Part shown: piece by piece, positions 35,927 to 46,447 of the stretch
How positions within the stretch are numbered: position 1 is the first letter of the stretch
How the letters are laid out: each line of letters begins with the position of its first letter
Virus record (IMG/VR): IMGVR_UViG_3300044691_000045
Location: 1 to 54,020 of that record
DNA from: a virus
Taxonomy: Duplodnaviria; Caudoviricetes
Direction: 5' to 3' (one strand)
Length of the DNA stretch: 54,020 nt
Made by a program: the position numbers and the translations under genes
Notes under the pieces: generated by a model
Told to the model about the DNA's origin: nothing
What the model saw: only the letters and a program-made list of their open reading frames with translations
Database searches by the model: none

Positions 35927-38670
35927 GCAGGATCGTACCCCGGAGGCCCACCGCCGTGACTGATAGGTGCTGGTGGCTCGCCGGGGCCGCTGCCGCCCTG
36001 TACTGGCACTGGAGGCGCAGCGTAGACCGGCGTAAAGCCAACGTAGCCAAAGCCAGCGCTGTTGCCGAGGTATCCAGCGGGGCCGTAACCGCCGCCATCT
36101 GGTGTAATCACACCGGAAGTCAAATCTGTATCATGCGCGTAGTAGCGCGCGTCGTAATTGACGGCAGTAACCGTGAAAGTGTTGCTGCCTGCCTTTTTCT
36201 TTTCTGTCACCAAGAAAGGCGTTGCGCGCTGATCGGTAGACGCGACAATTTGGTAGGTAGTAGCTGCGTACTTATCGCTCTCAAATACCAGCGGCACAGC
36301 CGGAGGACGCGACAGCACTACATGCTTTGCGTCAATCAATCCTGTTAGCGGAATTGCCTCTACCGTCAAGTCATAATGCTGCAAGAATATCGTATAGGAA
36401 GCATCGCCAAACGTAGCTCTGCGCGACAATCCAATAGTCAAACCAGACTGGCTAACAATCTCGCCATCTTGCGTATCAGGACGTGTGTTGTCAGCAACTA
36501 GAATACGGTTGCTAACTACCAAGAGTGCGCCTTCGGATGTGCATGAGAACTGCACATTCGTATTCTGATATAACAGCTTTTGATATAGCCGCCAACCATT
36601 AAATGTTGCCTGCGCTTTGTTGCGCACGCCGATGCTCTTTACTTTCTTTGGATTGGTAGCGCTTTGATCCGGAGGAAAGTACAGCGTGCGGGGCGTATCT
36701 ACGTTGGGATAGGACGGCGCATTAGGATCAACAAAATCGTACTCTATGCCGTCATTGTTGCCGATAGCTCCAAACGTAACAGTGCGCGTTTCGCTGTTAG
36801 GTAGCTTATTGCGATGGTTAAACAACAGTGAGGAGTTTGCTGTCTGCCCCTCGAAAGACAAGCCTATGACATTACCCCGACGAAACGCTATGCAGTTACA
36901 TGCGGCTGCGATGTCTGTGGCTATTTCCTCAAATGACATATTGGCGCTGTCAAAGGTATAGCAAAATTCTACAGATAATCCGGTACCGAAGTTTGCGCTT
37001 GCGGCATTGATAGCTGCGTAAATTCCATCTACGTCTACCTCTTCTTTAGTTCTGTTGCCTATGCGTGGATCGAGCGCAACAAAGCAGAAGATAGCCGCCG
37101 CATTGTTCTGCGGTACCAACGCTGTAGAGAATACACCGCCGCCTTGATAAGCCGGTATGTTACGCGTAACTAGGCAGTTGAACTTACGCTCTTTGACGCT
37201 GGTAGCTGCATTAGTAGCAACGGTAATAGCCTGCACAATGGTGACGTTGCCGAAGTCTGTACCCGCGAATGGAGACATTGCATAAAACTCTGTCCACTGC
37301 ACAGAATCAACAGTAGTTATATTACCTGTAGCATTGTCTCTGTTATTGATTCTGTGGGCACGCACAGAGATAGGACCGGCATAGGGCAGTACACACTTGA
37401 TAGTAATGCCGCGTGCTGCTGTGGTGTTAGCTGATCCTTGCATAGTCGCTGAGAACAAGCGCTCTGATCCAACCGGGCTGCCGCTAGAGTCTACAGCCGT
37501 AACGCCTACTTCTAAGTCTACGTTTACCCTATGCTGGTTATTGCTTGAGTCTGTGTAATACAGACCATTGGGCGCACTGAAGTTACACCAAACCTCTGTA
37601 GCATCGCCAACGTTTAGAACAAAAGAGTCTGTCCAGTTAGTACCGCTGCCCTCTAAGAGCGCTTGTGTAGCGTTCGATTGACCGCTAGGGAAGGCGTTAA
37701 CAGCGTTCCAGCCTGCATTCACATCCTGCGCATTAGATAGCGTAAGTGTGTTGCTGGTCACGTCTAGTATAGTGTACAGGCCGTCTACGTTCGCTGTTAT
37801 GCCGCTGTGGTTTGCATCGTAACAGTTGCCGTTACTTATCTGTAATTGATGCGTTGTTTGCGGCGTAGATGCTTGGAAAAAATCAGTGAAATCAAATAAG
37901 CCATCAGAACAAGTAATAACGCCTAATCCTGAGAATACGATGTCGTTATTCCCATGCACGCGGTTCGCGTTAGGGGCCGTAATGTACTGCCCATTAACTG
38001 CTGTGCATGCCCTTGCCGCTCGTATAATATCTGGCGTGCCGGTACCGATAGTAAGCTGCGGTACAGAACCGGGTTTGTTCGGAGATGTAAACGGAGCGTA
38101 GAAAAATGCCGAAGCGCCGGTTTCTTCCTGTATAGGTGTTGTGTCGTCTTTCGCGTCATATATCGTATAACTCCCGCGTCCCAAACACATATTCGCAGTT
38201 TCTAACTGTTGATTGCTGGCGTATTGTTTGTAGGGAAGACCAATCAAATCAGGTACCGCACGCACTGTGCCCACAATGTCAGGTATGCGCTCGTTTGGCC
38301 GCTGTTGATTGCTGCGATCAGCAAGCGAATTATTTGGCGAAATAGAGGAAGGATGCGGCTTCGACGGTCGCAGTAAGAACGATAAGCCAATAGAGATAGC
38401 AGAGATGATGATGGCAATGATAATGCCGATAGTAAACTCGGGGTAGATCACAATAAAGAACTCACCCGTTAGTTGTTCTATGGCGTCAACATCGTCTTTA
38501 GTCACTGGCGTTATATCGCAACTCATAGCGACGTATTGATGGTAGAGCCGCGCGCCAGTAGGCCATTCCTCGAAGTGCTTTAATATCTCTGCACGTATGT
38601 CACCATCGAACGTAAATATTTCCCGTTCTTCATTATCGGCTACAGTGCGGCAGATAGTTAAAGTATTCAA
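35923..38670 (-). CDS. Central tail tip / host-specificity (J-like) protein
   Basis: RIPDIVGTVRAVPDL, LFNHRNKLP, TAVNYDARYY; follows the NlpC/P60 gene. Confidence 0.85.
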   Translation of the reverse strand: MNTLTICRTVADNEEREIFTFDGDIRAEILKHFEEWPTGARLYHQYVAMSCDITPVTKDDVDAIEQLTGEFFIVIYPEFTIGIIIAIIISAISIGLSFLLRPSKPHPSSISPNNSLADRSNQQRPNERIPDIVGTVRAVPDLIGLPYKQYASNQQLETANMCLGRGSYTIYDAKDDTTPIQEETGASAFFYAPFTSPNKPGSVPQLTIGTGTPDIIRAARACTAVNGQYITAPNANRVHGNNDIVFSGLGVITCSDGLFDFTDFFQASTPQTTHQLQISNGNCYDANHSGITANVDGLYTILDVTSNTLTLSNAQDVNAGWNAVNAFPSGQSNATQALLEGSGTNWTDSFVLNVGDATEVWCNFSAPNGLYYTDSSNNQHRVNVDLEVGVTAVDSSGSPVGSERLFSATMQGSANTTAARGITIKCVLPYAGPISVRAHRINNRDNATGNITTVDSVQWTEFYAMSPFAGTDFGNVTIVQAITVATNAATSVKERKFNCLVTRNIPAYQGGGVFSTALVPQNNAAAIFCFVALDPRIGNRTKEEVDVDGIYAAINAASANFGTGLSVEFCYTFDSANMSFEEIATDIAAACNCIAFRRGNVIGLSFEGQTANSSLLFNHRNKLPNSETRTVTFGAIGNNDGIEYDFVDPNAPSYPNVDTPRTLYFPPDQSATNPKKVKSIGVRNKAQATFNGWRLYQKLLYQNTNVQFSCTSEGALLVVSNRILVADNTRPDTQDGEIVSQSGLTIGLSRRATFGDASYTIFLQHYDLTVEAIPLTGLIDAKHVVLSRPPAVPLVFESDKYAATTYQIVASTDQRATPFLVTEKKKAGSNTFTVTAVNYDARYYAHDTDLTSGVITPDGGGYGPAGYLGNSAGFGYVGFTPVYAAPPVPVQGGSGPGEPPAPISHGGGPPGYDPA

Positions 38671-38978
38671 GCGTAAAACCTAACCTTTCTGTGACCACGT
38701 ATAGCTACGGCTAGCGGTTGGAACTCTGTCCACAACGCCGTCATGTGCAGCACGCTACCGTCAATGTAGATGCCTACATGCGGCTGATTACCGCTTTCCA
38801 TGAGCACAAGGCACGGCGTTGTGGGCACGTCCAGCCGCTCACCGCGTAGCGCAAACAACGTCTCACGATCCTGTGTAAACCTGTGCTCACCGTACAGACC
38901 GTGCCATGCCTCACGCACGAAATCTAGGCAGTCATAGTCTGGTGCTGGCACACGATCTAAGTAGGCGTCAACGCTCAT
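38667..38978 (-). CDS. NlpC/P60-like tail assembly protein
   Basis: YDCLDFV...HVGIY..G.VLH. Confidence 0.8.
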   Translation of the reverse strand: MSVDAYLDRVPAPDYDCLDFVREAWHGLYGEHRFTQDRETLFALRGERLDVPTTPCLVLMESGNQPHVGIYIDGSVLHMTALWTEFQPLAVAIRGHRKVRFYA

Positions 38979-39184
38979 TGCAAGTCTTTCTCGCTGTACA
39001 GATGCTCGATAGAATGCCGCGTTGCGTGACATTCCATTGCAGCCGATTTGTAGCCGCTGCCGAATAGATGTATAGCAGCATTGTTTAGTATGCTGCACAT
39101 CTCAAGTAACACCAGCTTGCGCATCTGCGGGGTAACACGCGGATCAAGTGTTATAACGTTTGTAGCTATATCACGGCAACTCAT
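38975..39184 (-). CDS. Small hypothetical protein inserted in the tail tip module
   Basis: Coupled on both sides. Confidence 0.4.
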   Translation of the reverse strand: MSCRDIATNVITLDPRVTPQMRKLVLLEMCSILNNAAIHLFGSGYKSAAMECHATRHSIEHLYSEKDLQ

Positions 39185-39684
39185 TATTGAAAACTCCGCA
39201 GCATTGTAAAGCGATCTAGTCTGTATATCTCTCCCGTACCGTTTATGTTCAATTGCGGCGCTTGCGTCTGCAACGTACTATTCTTTTTCTTGGTTGCTAC
39301 GCTGATAACTTGATAGCGTATAGGACCGTAGATTGGACCGCTGAAATCGTCAGAGCGATACACACGGTAAAGGCACAGGGGCCGCGTCATGAAACCATTG
39401 CCGCCTGCAACGTTGTCCAATTCCGGCGGTAGTACCTGCCCTAAGTCGCCTAGATCAATCTGCAACGTTTGGTCTAGATCATCGGATGTTGTACCCTCTA
39501 TCAGTTGCATAGGGTAATACTGATACTGCGCGCTCGCGCCTGTTTCCAGCGTCACCTGTATACCCTGTACAGCATTACGCACAAGACGGTATACCTTTGA
39601 CCAATTGGGATGTGATAACTCTACTGTTTCGAGTTGAACCACATCCTTACGCGCGTTAAGAAAGAAAGTAGCGTATGCGCTCAT
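39184..39684 (-). CDS. Minor tail protein (DUF1833-like)
   Basis: LETVELSHP, YRVYRSDD, TGEIY.LDRF.ML. Confidence 0.8.
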   Translation of the reverse strand: MSAYATFFLNARKDVVQLETVELSHPNWSKVYRLVRNAVQGIQVTLETGASAQYQYYPMQLIEGTTSDDLDQTLQIDLGDLGQVLPPELDNVAGGNGFMTRPLCLYRVYRSDDFSGPIYGPIRYQVISVATKKKNSTLQTQAPQLNINGTGEIYRLDRFTMLRSFQ

Positions 39685-40151
39685 CCGTTAACCGATAACA
39701 ACGTACTATCATTTTGTAGATCGTTGCTGCTGGCGTTGTCTGCTTCGCCTTGCGCAATAATCATCGCATCCATATCTGTGTCCACAGGGTTAGGAACAAC
39801 ATACACATTTGCTTGCGTGGTGTAGGCTAATCCCTGCTGCGCAGTTATCTTCCATGAACCGGCTACAAGTATGCAAGTATGCTCCTCTAGCGTAGCTGAT
39901 TCCAGAAACAAATCCATTACAAATGGAAGTGAACCACGCGAGATAGACTTACGAAAAAATGCGTGCAAGTAGTTATGATCGGAAACGTTCAATGTCCATT
40001 GCATTGTGATGGTTTCCACAGAACCCATGATGCCTAGACGCTGGCGCGGCAAGCCGCCGTCTACGTCTGTCTGCTCTATCTCGCTAGCATTCTGCGTAGC
40101 AGTGTAATACGCCTGATCGGGACGCAAAAACAGTTTAGGCATGCCAGCCAT
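39681..40151 (-). CDS. Distal tail (Dit-like) protein
   Basis: DGGLPRQR..., GSLPF.MDL; follows the tape measure gene. Confidence 0.7.
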   Translation of the reverse strand: MAGMPKLFLRPDQAYYTATQNASEIEQTDVDGGLPRQRLGIMGSVETITMQWTLNVSDHNYLHAFFRKSISRGSLPFVMDLFLESATLEEHTCILVAGSWKITAQQGLAYTTQANVYVVPNPVDTDMDAMIIAQGEADNASSNDLQNDSTLLSVNG

Positions 40152-42848
40152 TTATCGTTTCCTTTCTGCGCTGGTAAAGCGTTGCATTGCCTTGCTGCTC
40201 TTGCTGTTGGGATCGGATAGGTGACCGGCTACCGCACTGTCTGTGTGGGCAGCAACAGCATCCTGTGCATGCTGTTTAGCTATCACATGCACATCATTCA
40301 ATCCTACGCGCTGTACTTGAATTGCGGTAGAGCCGTCATGCTGTACGTTCACGTTAAGCTGTGGTGACTGTGTGCCGTTAGTTATCTGTGTAGATGCTGT
40401 ATGTACTTGCTTTGCGCCGGAATTGATTTGCTCTAGCATAGCGCGATGTTGCTTTACCGCAGCAGCCTTAACAACAAACTCGCCATGACTTACACGTGCA
40501 AGGATCGAATCACTAGTGCCGCTACCGGGGCCGCTTACTACACCGCCCTCTGCGAATCCAAACACGCCAGCCAACGCGCCTAGTCCCTTGGTTAGTATGC
40601 CAGTGATACCACTTCCGCCAGCAGCACCACCACCACCGCTACCGCCGCTGCTATCATTAAAAAATGAATTAAAGCCGTCATCTTGGCTACCGCCTAATGC
40701 TTTCTTGAGTGCAGCAACCACGATAAGTTGAGTGCCTAGCTTGATTAGCGAACTAACCAAACCGCCTACAGCTTCGCGCGCAACATCCTTTAATGCGCTG
40801 CCAAAATCATGCGTGGTAAAGATAGCTCTACCTACAGTGTCAGCAAAGCCGTCTTTCAGGGTAGAGAACATACCTGTAAGTGAATCTCGGAAGTCATTAA
40901 CCGGATTCAGTGTTTTGTTCATCTCTTCACCAAAGCCGCCTAGTAGATCACCAGCACTAGCAGTCTTGATAGACTTGGTATCACGCGGCTCTAACGCATC
41001 TTTCTTAACTTGTAGCTGCGTATTGAGAGTATCTATCTGCGAGTCTGTCTTTAACTTGGCAGCGCCTTGTGCCGCCGAAGAGATAAGCGGGTTACCGGCA
41101 ATCTCGGCTAGTGCATTTTTAAGTGCAGTGATCTTTGCTTTTGTTTCTGTTACAGCTACTTGATATAATCTCTGCGCAAGTATGCCTCTGGAGAATGCAC
41201 CATCAGAGTACGCTTGCTTTAAGTTTGATTCCTGAAGCACAGCATTATTCTGCGCAGTGGCTAGCGTAGATTCGCGCAACGCTGTGTAGTATTCCCTAAC
41301 GCCCTGTGCCTCTTCGCGCGCTGTCTTTGCATCCGCTGCGCGCTCCTCACGTTGACCACGCGAGAACTCACTAATGGCATACTCGTTAAATGACTGCGCC
41401 GTTTGCTTTGTATCTTGTTCTACTTGTGCGTGATACTGGCGCTCTGCTTTCATCGCATCATCGAATGCGGTAGTTTGTACTAGCGATCCTGTCTTTGCTT
41501 GTGCAGCCGTAATGAGCCAAAAACTAGAGGTAGCCGCTTTTTGATCGGCAGTATCTACGCTAGCTAGATAGCCGTCTAACTCTTCGCGTAGCTTTATCAA
41601 TTCTTCGCGCTGCGCTTTCAATGCATCTTTAGCGTCTGCGCCGGGTTCCTTACGCGCGGCTATTTGTACATCAGCTTGCTTGTCTTTTATCTGACTATCG
41701 ATAGAACGCTGTAGTTCCTGTGCAGCAACAGCGCCTTGCTCTAGTTTTCTGCGCTGCCCTTCGTCCACGATGTTTGTTACAGAACGCCCTTTGTTGGTAT
41801 CTGCGCCAGTGAGCGCACCAAACGGCGTCATGTTCTGCAATAAGTCTGTAAACCGTTGCGAGTTCTGCCCTGCTGGATGACTAGCAAGTAACTGATCCTC
41901 ATAACTCTTTTTTAACTGATCTACAGTTACTTTCTCCTGCTTCTTTAGTTCAATGATCTTTTCCAGATCAGTAACACGTTGCCGCTGCAATGCGCCGCCT
42001 GTTAATCCAGACTCCGAAATGCGCGCTGCGCGCTCTTGATTCTCCTCATCTCGTTTTATATTGCGTATTGCTTCATTAGGATCAGTGAACGTAATTGGCT
42101 TTTGATCCGTAGCACCGCCTACATATTTGTCTATGTATGACATAAAACCAGACTTAGGCTGTATTGTTTCTTTGCCGGATAGTAATTCGCCTAAGTGTGA
42201 TTTTTCGTACGCAAGTCCTAGCTCTGTAAAACGCAGTATCAACTTGCCTATTTGTTCGTATATCTGCGCAAATACACCTATCAATGCGATAGCGCCGAAT
42301 ACTGGAAAGGCAGCGGCTAGGATAGGAGACAAGCCGGGGATGATTGACAAGAATCTAGCAGCACCGCGCGTGTTGCCTGCAAATCCATTCTCCAGTACGC
42401 GCAACTCTGTAGATGCAACAATCGCGCCGCCAGACACGCTACCCATACCGGCTGTAGCAGCCTGTGCGCCGCGCGCAAAGTTGTTCGCTTGCGTGCTAGC
42501 TGCACCAAAGGATGTTTGCAGTGCGCTTAGAGCCTGCGCCGTATTAGTCGCATTTGTGCCCACAAGTGCAATGGACGTTGCAAACGTGTCCAGCACAACG
42601 CTTGCTTTGGCTGCGCCAGTAGTTAGCCTATCGATGTTGGTATTAAAGCGCGTTAGCGAGGTTGACGATTTGCTAATTGCGTTTTGTAGACCGGACAAGC
42701 CTTGTCCATTGATAGTGTTAATTGCGGCTTGTAGATACTTGAAAGCACCGCCTGCATCGCGCGCTGTCTTGGCTATGCCCTCAATTTTCGGTTGAATACT
42801 GGACGCTATACCATCCTGTACCTGAATCGAAATATTGGGAGTGCCCAT
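40152..42848 (-). CDS. Tail tape measure protein
   Basis: Long Ala-rich helical protein; C-terminal FAEGGVVSGPGSGTSDSILARVSHGEFV. Confidence 0.9.
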   Translation of the reverse strand: MGTPNISIQVQDGIASSIQPKIEGIAKTARDAGGAFKYLQAAINTINGQGLSGLQNAISKSSTSLTRFNTNIDRLTTGAAKASVVLDTFATSIALVGTNATNTAQALSALQTSFGAASTQANNFARGAQAATAGMGSVSGGAIVASTELRVLENGFAGNTRGAARFLSIIPGLSPILAAAFPVFGAIALIGVFAQIYEQIGKLILRFTELGLAYEKSHLGELLSGKETIQPKSGFMSYIDKYVGGATDQKPITFTDPNEAIRNIKRDEENQERAARISESGLTGGALQRQRVTDLEKIIELKKQEKVTVDQLKKSYEDQLLASHPAGQNSQRFTDLLQNMTPFGALTGADTNKGRSVTNIVDEGQRRKLEQGAVAAQELQRSIDSQIKDKQADVQIAARKEPGADAKDALKAQREELIKLREELDGYLASVDTADQKAATSSFWLITAAQAKTGSLVQTTAFDDAMKAERQYHAQVEQDTKQTAQSFNEYAISEFSRGQREERAADAKTAREEAQGVREYYTALRESTLATAQNNAVLQESNLKQAYSDGAFSRGILAQRLYQVAVTETKAKITALKNALAEIAGNPLISSAAQGAAKLKTDSQIDTLNTQLQVKKDALEPRDTKSIKTASAGDLLGGFGEEMNKTLNPVNDFRDSLTGMFSTLKDGFADTVGRAIFTTHDFGSALKDVAREAVGGLVSSLIKLGTQLIVVAALKKALGGSQDDGFNSFFNDSSGGSGGGGAAGGSGITGILTKGLGALAGVFGFAEGGVVSGPGSGTSDSILARVSHGEFVVKAAAVKQHRAMLEQINSGAKQVHTASTQITNGTQSPQLNVNVQHDGSTAIQVQRVGLNDVHVIAKQHAQDAVAAHTDSAVAGHLSDPNSKSSKAMQRFTSAERKR

Positions 42849-42849
42849 G

Positions 42850-43323
42850 CTACAGAATCCTAAACGCTGGCGCTGTCTCGCGTCCAACAATTAGCGCGCG
42901 ATCGACAAAACCCGCAGGCTGTTGCACGCTGGTACCGTTGTCTAGGTCCACGATGTACGGGGCATTGTTGGTAATGAAGATGGGCTGTCCGGGCGTCTTG
43001 TTCGATAAGATGGCGTTTGCCACGTCCAGCAGGATCGGTAAGTTAGCCTCACGTGTCGCTGGTGCGTTTGGGTTGACTTGTCCGGGGCCGGTACGCTCAA
43101 AAGGTACTCCCGGCTCAAAAGCCGGGTGGAAGTCGTCTAGGGCAGGCGTATCCAGCGTTACGTCCCAATTGGACATTGCCGTGCCTATGTCCACCGGGGT
43201 AACGCTGCCTAGATCAGCGACAATGGCAAGCGCAGTGAGCACCGCAGCCTGTGACGCGCCCTCTGCGATACGTGTGGGCAAGGTATCGAGATACGCGGCG
43301 AGTGCGAATAGATCATTTGGCAT
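42850..43323 (-). CDS. Tail completion/neck protein (HK97 gp10-like)
   Basis: TPVDIGTAMSNW, ITNNAPYI..L..G.S.Q.P.GFV. Confidence 0.8.
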   Translation of the reverse strand: MPNDLFALAAYLDTLPTRIAEGASQAAVLTALAIVADLGSVTPVDIGTAMSNWDVTLDTPALDDFHPAFEPGVPFERTGPGQVNPNAPATREANLPILLDVANAILSNKTPGQPIFITNNAPYIVDLDNGTSVQQPAGFVDRALIVGRETAPAFRIL

Positions 43324-43612
43324 TCTTCGCATTCTCCGCGTCCATATACGCTATATCCATCCTGCGTATGTAAAAGTGCAAATCTTCCATTTGTTCACGA
43401 TCAAACCAGTGTGTATGCCCGTACTGCTGTATCGCGCTCCAAGGTATCGGCCCTAGTCCCATACCGCTGTGCCGTTCCGTATTCAGCGCAAAGAACGCCT
43501 GCATGAAAAGAAACAACTCCTCACGCAATTCTGGCGCATCTCGGATGCTATCAGGTATTGGCTGCCCTGTACGCAGCGCTTGTTTTACAATGTTCTGCTC
43601 GATAGCACCCAT
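43313..43612 (-). CDS. Tail assembly chaperone, frameshift extension (T-like)
   Basis: L.TER..GMG.GPIPWSAI; reached by a -1 frameshift from the upstream gene. Confidence 0.8.
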   Translation of the reverse strand: MGAIEQNIVKQALRTGQPIPDSIRDAPELREELFLFMQAFFALNTERHSGMGLGPIPWSAIQQYGHTHWFDREQMEDLHFYIRRMDIAYMDAENAKNAK

Positions 43613-43638
43613 ACTTAGCGTGTATAGCAGAACATCTA

Positions 43639-44064
43639 TTAGTTTTTTGCTTCTGCGTCCCGTACTGTTTCGCGAAACGTTGCTATATCACGCGCTGCGC
43701 CCATCAGATTAAACAGCAAATCAGGCAGCACAGTAAACAACTCCTTAGCTGCTTTCTTGCTGTACACAATGGGTTTGTTGTGTGTGTCGTACACATTTTC
43801 CCACTTAACTAAAGCCACATCGCAAAACACTTCCATAAGGATAGCGTTAGCTTTGTCCTCAGATAGACCATCGGCAAGTTCCATCTCACGGCGATAAGGA
43901 CGGGTTGCGCGGTTCATTGCCGCTTGCCATTGCGTGTTAGCACCACCAGCACGACGCACGTAGAATGTGGGTATAGTGCCGTCCTCATTTGGTGGAAATG
44001 TAACTTGCTTACCGTTCTGTTCTGCATCGTGATCAGTTGCAAAATTCTTGAAAAGTGACGACAT
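43639..44064 (-). CDS. Tail assembly chaperone (G-like)
   Basis: RRAGGAN, WENV; ends at the slippery A AAA AAC. Confidence 0.85.
   Translation of the reverse strand: MSSLFKNFATDHDAEQNGKQVTFPPNEDGTIPTFYVRRAGGANTQWQAAMNRATRPYRREMELADGLSEDKANAILMEVFCDVALVKWENVYDTHNKPIVYSKKAAKELFTVLPDLLFNLMGAARDIATFRETVRDAEAKN
43642..43648 (-). other. Programmed -1 frameshift slippery site A AAA AAC
   Basis: GCA AAA AAC TAA; the -1 frame reads KLIDVLLYTLSMGAIEQ into ORF 43313..43612. Confidence 0.85.
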
Positions 44065-44110
44065 ACGTACGCTCCATTACTGCCAAAAGTTTACAGCAAA
44101 CTACCTACAA

Positions 44111-45646
44111 TCACATTGCGATGTTAGGCAAATACGGAAACAAGTTAACAAGCAACGTATAGTTGTTTGGACCGCGCGCCGCTGTCGTATCGATAGGCAG
44201 CGTAATTGGCTTGTCTTTCTCGATAGCAAGCTGTCCATTGCCAAGCGTGATTAGCGGCAGATCAAACAGCAAACCGCCGTTCGCTTTGGTCATGATCGAT
44301 GTCAGCATAACACTTGCATTGTTGCGAATAGCAGCAAGCGCAGCGGAGGTAGCAAAGTATACCGTCATGCTACCGGATACATCGAACTCACCTACATTGA
44401 TAGAGAACGCGCCAAGTGTGCCGATTGCTTTGTTACCCTTGACGTTGTTGTTAATCGTCAGCTTGAAATCAGAAGCGTACGCAAATAGCGCAGTAGGATC
44501 GAGCGTAGTTGGATCAACCAAAGCCAACCGCAGCAAGTACACATCGTTGGTGGAATTGTACGCATCTTCTGTTAGCAGAGCCGGACGCGGCCCACCAAAC
44601 ACGCCCTGCGTACCTGTGCGCTGTATGTCGTCCAGTGCAGCAAACGAAAGATCAAGGTTGATCTTCTGCGCAGTGGGCATGTTTATTGTCATCTCGTTAG
44701 GCACTGCGCCTACAAGATACTCAGCTTGGATGCCGTTGCCGTCGTTGCCTAGCGTGCGCTCAAGCGTGTACGAAAATGTTTTGATAAGCGTGGGATCAGA
44801 TTCGTTGCGAACCACGCGACCAAACCACATCCAGATAGACTGCGCGGCTGCGGTTTCATTCGCAGGAACCCACGTAGTAATATCAAAAATCATGGTGTGC
44901 GCAGCAACGCTGGCTATACGCGCGAATCCGGGCGCATTGTTCACATACTTAGACAGCGAGGAATCACCGCCAACAAATACCCATTCGCCCGGAATAAGAC
45001 CAAACTGCGTCATATCCTTTACGATAGATGTGCAGATAATCTGGCTGCCTGATACAGCAATAGACAGATCACCAACAGCGAAAGCAAAACCTACTTGCTC
45101 AAGATTTGCTGTGTTTGGTGGCGCTGCCTCAACTGTGGGTAACAGCGTGACAGTTGCAGCAAGCGTAGCTGTCACAGTTCCAAGCACAAATATCTGGTTA
45201 TTGCCGGTAGCGCCGAATCCGCTGGATAGAACAATATCGCCAGCGTGAAAGCGCGTCAATCCAGATGCAGCAACAAAGCCGGTAGCTCCAGCAGCGGTAA
45301 TAGGAACCGCTGTGCCCACAACAGGCAAGGTAGCTGCTTTCTGTCGCACAGCAGCGAACAAGAAACCTTGCAACAGATCGTACATGTTGTGCTGCGTTAG
45401 ATCGGTATTGAATCCGCCCGATGCCTCAAGATCAGTGGTAGTACCCTTTGATTGCTGGCGCGTTGGATTGATCGGAGTACGCGCAACTGTGGTAATCTTC
45501 GCACCAAAATCCTTGTAAGAGTTCGGCTCTAGAGGATGCCACGTGGCCGTAATATTGCCGCTACCGTCAGCCGGTAGAGTGCGCAATGACAACTCCTGCG
45601 CATAAGATAATCCAGTAATATTGCTGTCAATCGTGATAGGCGGCAT
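44111..45646 (-). CDS. Major tail tube protein
   Basis: IDSNITGL..AQE, LEPNSY.DFG, SYTLER.LG; position in the tail module. Confidence 0.85.
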   Translation of the reverse strand: MPPITIDSNITGLSYAQELSLRTLPADGSGNITATWHPLEPNSYKDFGAKITTVARTPINPTRQQSKGTTTDLEASGGFNTDLTQHNMYDLLQGFLFAAVRQKAATLPVVGTAVPITAAGATGFVAASGLTRFHAGDIVLSSGFGATGNNQIFVLGTVTATLAATVTLLPTVEAAPPNTANLEQVGFAFAVGDLSIAVSGSQIICTSIVKDMTQFGLIPGEWVFVGGDSSLSKYVNNAPGFARIASVAAHTMIFDITTWVPANETAAAQSIWMWFGRVVRNESDPTLIKTFSYTLERTLGNDGNGIQAEYLVGAVPNEMTINMPTAQKINLDLSFAALDDIQRTGTQGVFGGPRPALLTEDAYNSTNDVYLLRLALVDPTTLDPTALFAYASDFKLTINNNVKGNKAIGTLGAFSINVGEFDVSGSMTVYFATSAALAAIRNNASVMLTSIMTKANGGLLFDLPLITLGNGQLAIEKDKPITLPIDTTAARGPNNYTLLVNLFPYLPNIAM

Positions 45647-45648
45647 TG

Positions 45649-46074
45649 TTACTCCACAGTGTCAAAAGTGTAGTTCGTCACAAAGTTGATGGGGTAGTTA
45701 TCCACGTTTGGCGGTAACTGTCTGACATCTTGGCTGCGATACCATACAGCAGTATTAGCAGGATTACGGAAGGACGACAACAGATTTTTAGCTATTGCCA
45801 TACCAGCGTCTAAGCCGCCCGGTTGCGTGGGACAAAATAGCTGCACATACAGCAAGCCATTTGAGGTATAGCGTGCTGGCTTTTGCAACGTAGTCTGCGC
45901 ATTTGTTACTTGCTGCGTAGATACACGCGCCCATACTTGGTCTTCTGGTGGCGCTTGCGGTTCTTTAATACCGGGGTAACGCACGTCAATAATATAGCCA
46001 AGATTCGCAGCATCAAATACAGCTTGCACGGCTGCAAACATAATATCGTGCGCCGCATTTAGTCCAGATGTCAT
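45649..46074 (-). CDS. Tail terminator protein
   Basis: WARV...GLLYVQLF.P; position. Confidence 0.7.
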   Translation of the reverse strand: MTSGLNAAHDIMFAAVQAVFDAANLGYIIDVRYPGIKEPQAPPEDQVWARVSTQQVTNAQTTLQKPARYTSNGLLYVQLFCPTQPGGLDAGMAIAKNLLSSFRNPANTAVWYRSQDVRQLPPNVDNYPINFVTNYTFDTVE

Positions 46075-46445
46075 GCCTTAAAATCCACGCGGTACAGGAT
46101 CACCGTATCTGCCGGTTTAACTTCCTGAATAGATGCTATATCCAGTACCTTACCGCCGCGTATAACTCTATCAGTTAATGAGGGCACAAACGGGATACCA
46201 CCTGCCATTAAACCACGCATAGACAGCGCCGTTACATCCGTACCCTTCACCAACTGTATTAACGAGTTCAACGACCCCTTTGGCTGCACAAACGCCATCT
46301 GTACCGCATACGCACGTACTACGCTTGTGCCCGTTTTCCACTTCTGTACATTGGCTACAGTGTAAGTTTGTTGCCATAGTACCTGTTCTCCATCGCGCAT
46401 AATTACACGCTTTGCCATTGCTCCTAAACGCGCCGCTGTGCCCAC
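46071..46445 (-). CDS. Head closure / head-tail joining protein
   Basis: Position; P...ILY C-terminus. Confidence 0.65.
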   Translation of the reverse strand: MGTAARLGAMAKRVIMRDGEQVLWQQTYTVANVQKWKTGTSVVRAYAVQMAFVQPKGSLNSLIQLVKGTDVTALSMRGLMAGGIPFVPSLTDRVIRGGKVLDIASIQEVKPADTVILYRVDFKA

Positions 46446-46447
46446 AC

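Noticed and set aside
35940-35948. CCGGAGGCC copy, with similar partial copies near 36300 and 47870
   Set aside because: They lie antisense inside Gly/Pro codons of minus-strand genes with no downstream start; probably chance.
38667-38978. NlpC/P60 protein as the endolysin
   Set aside because: Its position between DUF1833 and the tail tip gene is the usual tail-assembly context.
44163-45248. 361-aa plus-strand ORF and similar antisense ORFs (e.g. 42127..42795, 50406..51008, 32206..32820)
   Set aside because: These are shadow frames opposite well-supported genes, with no RBS or motifs.
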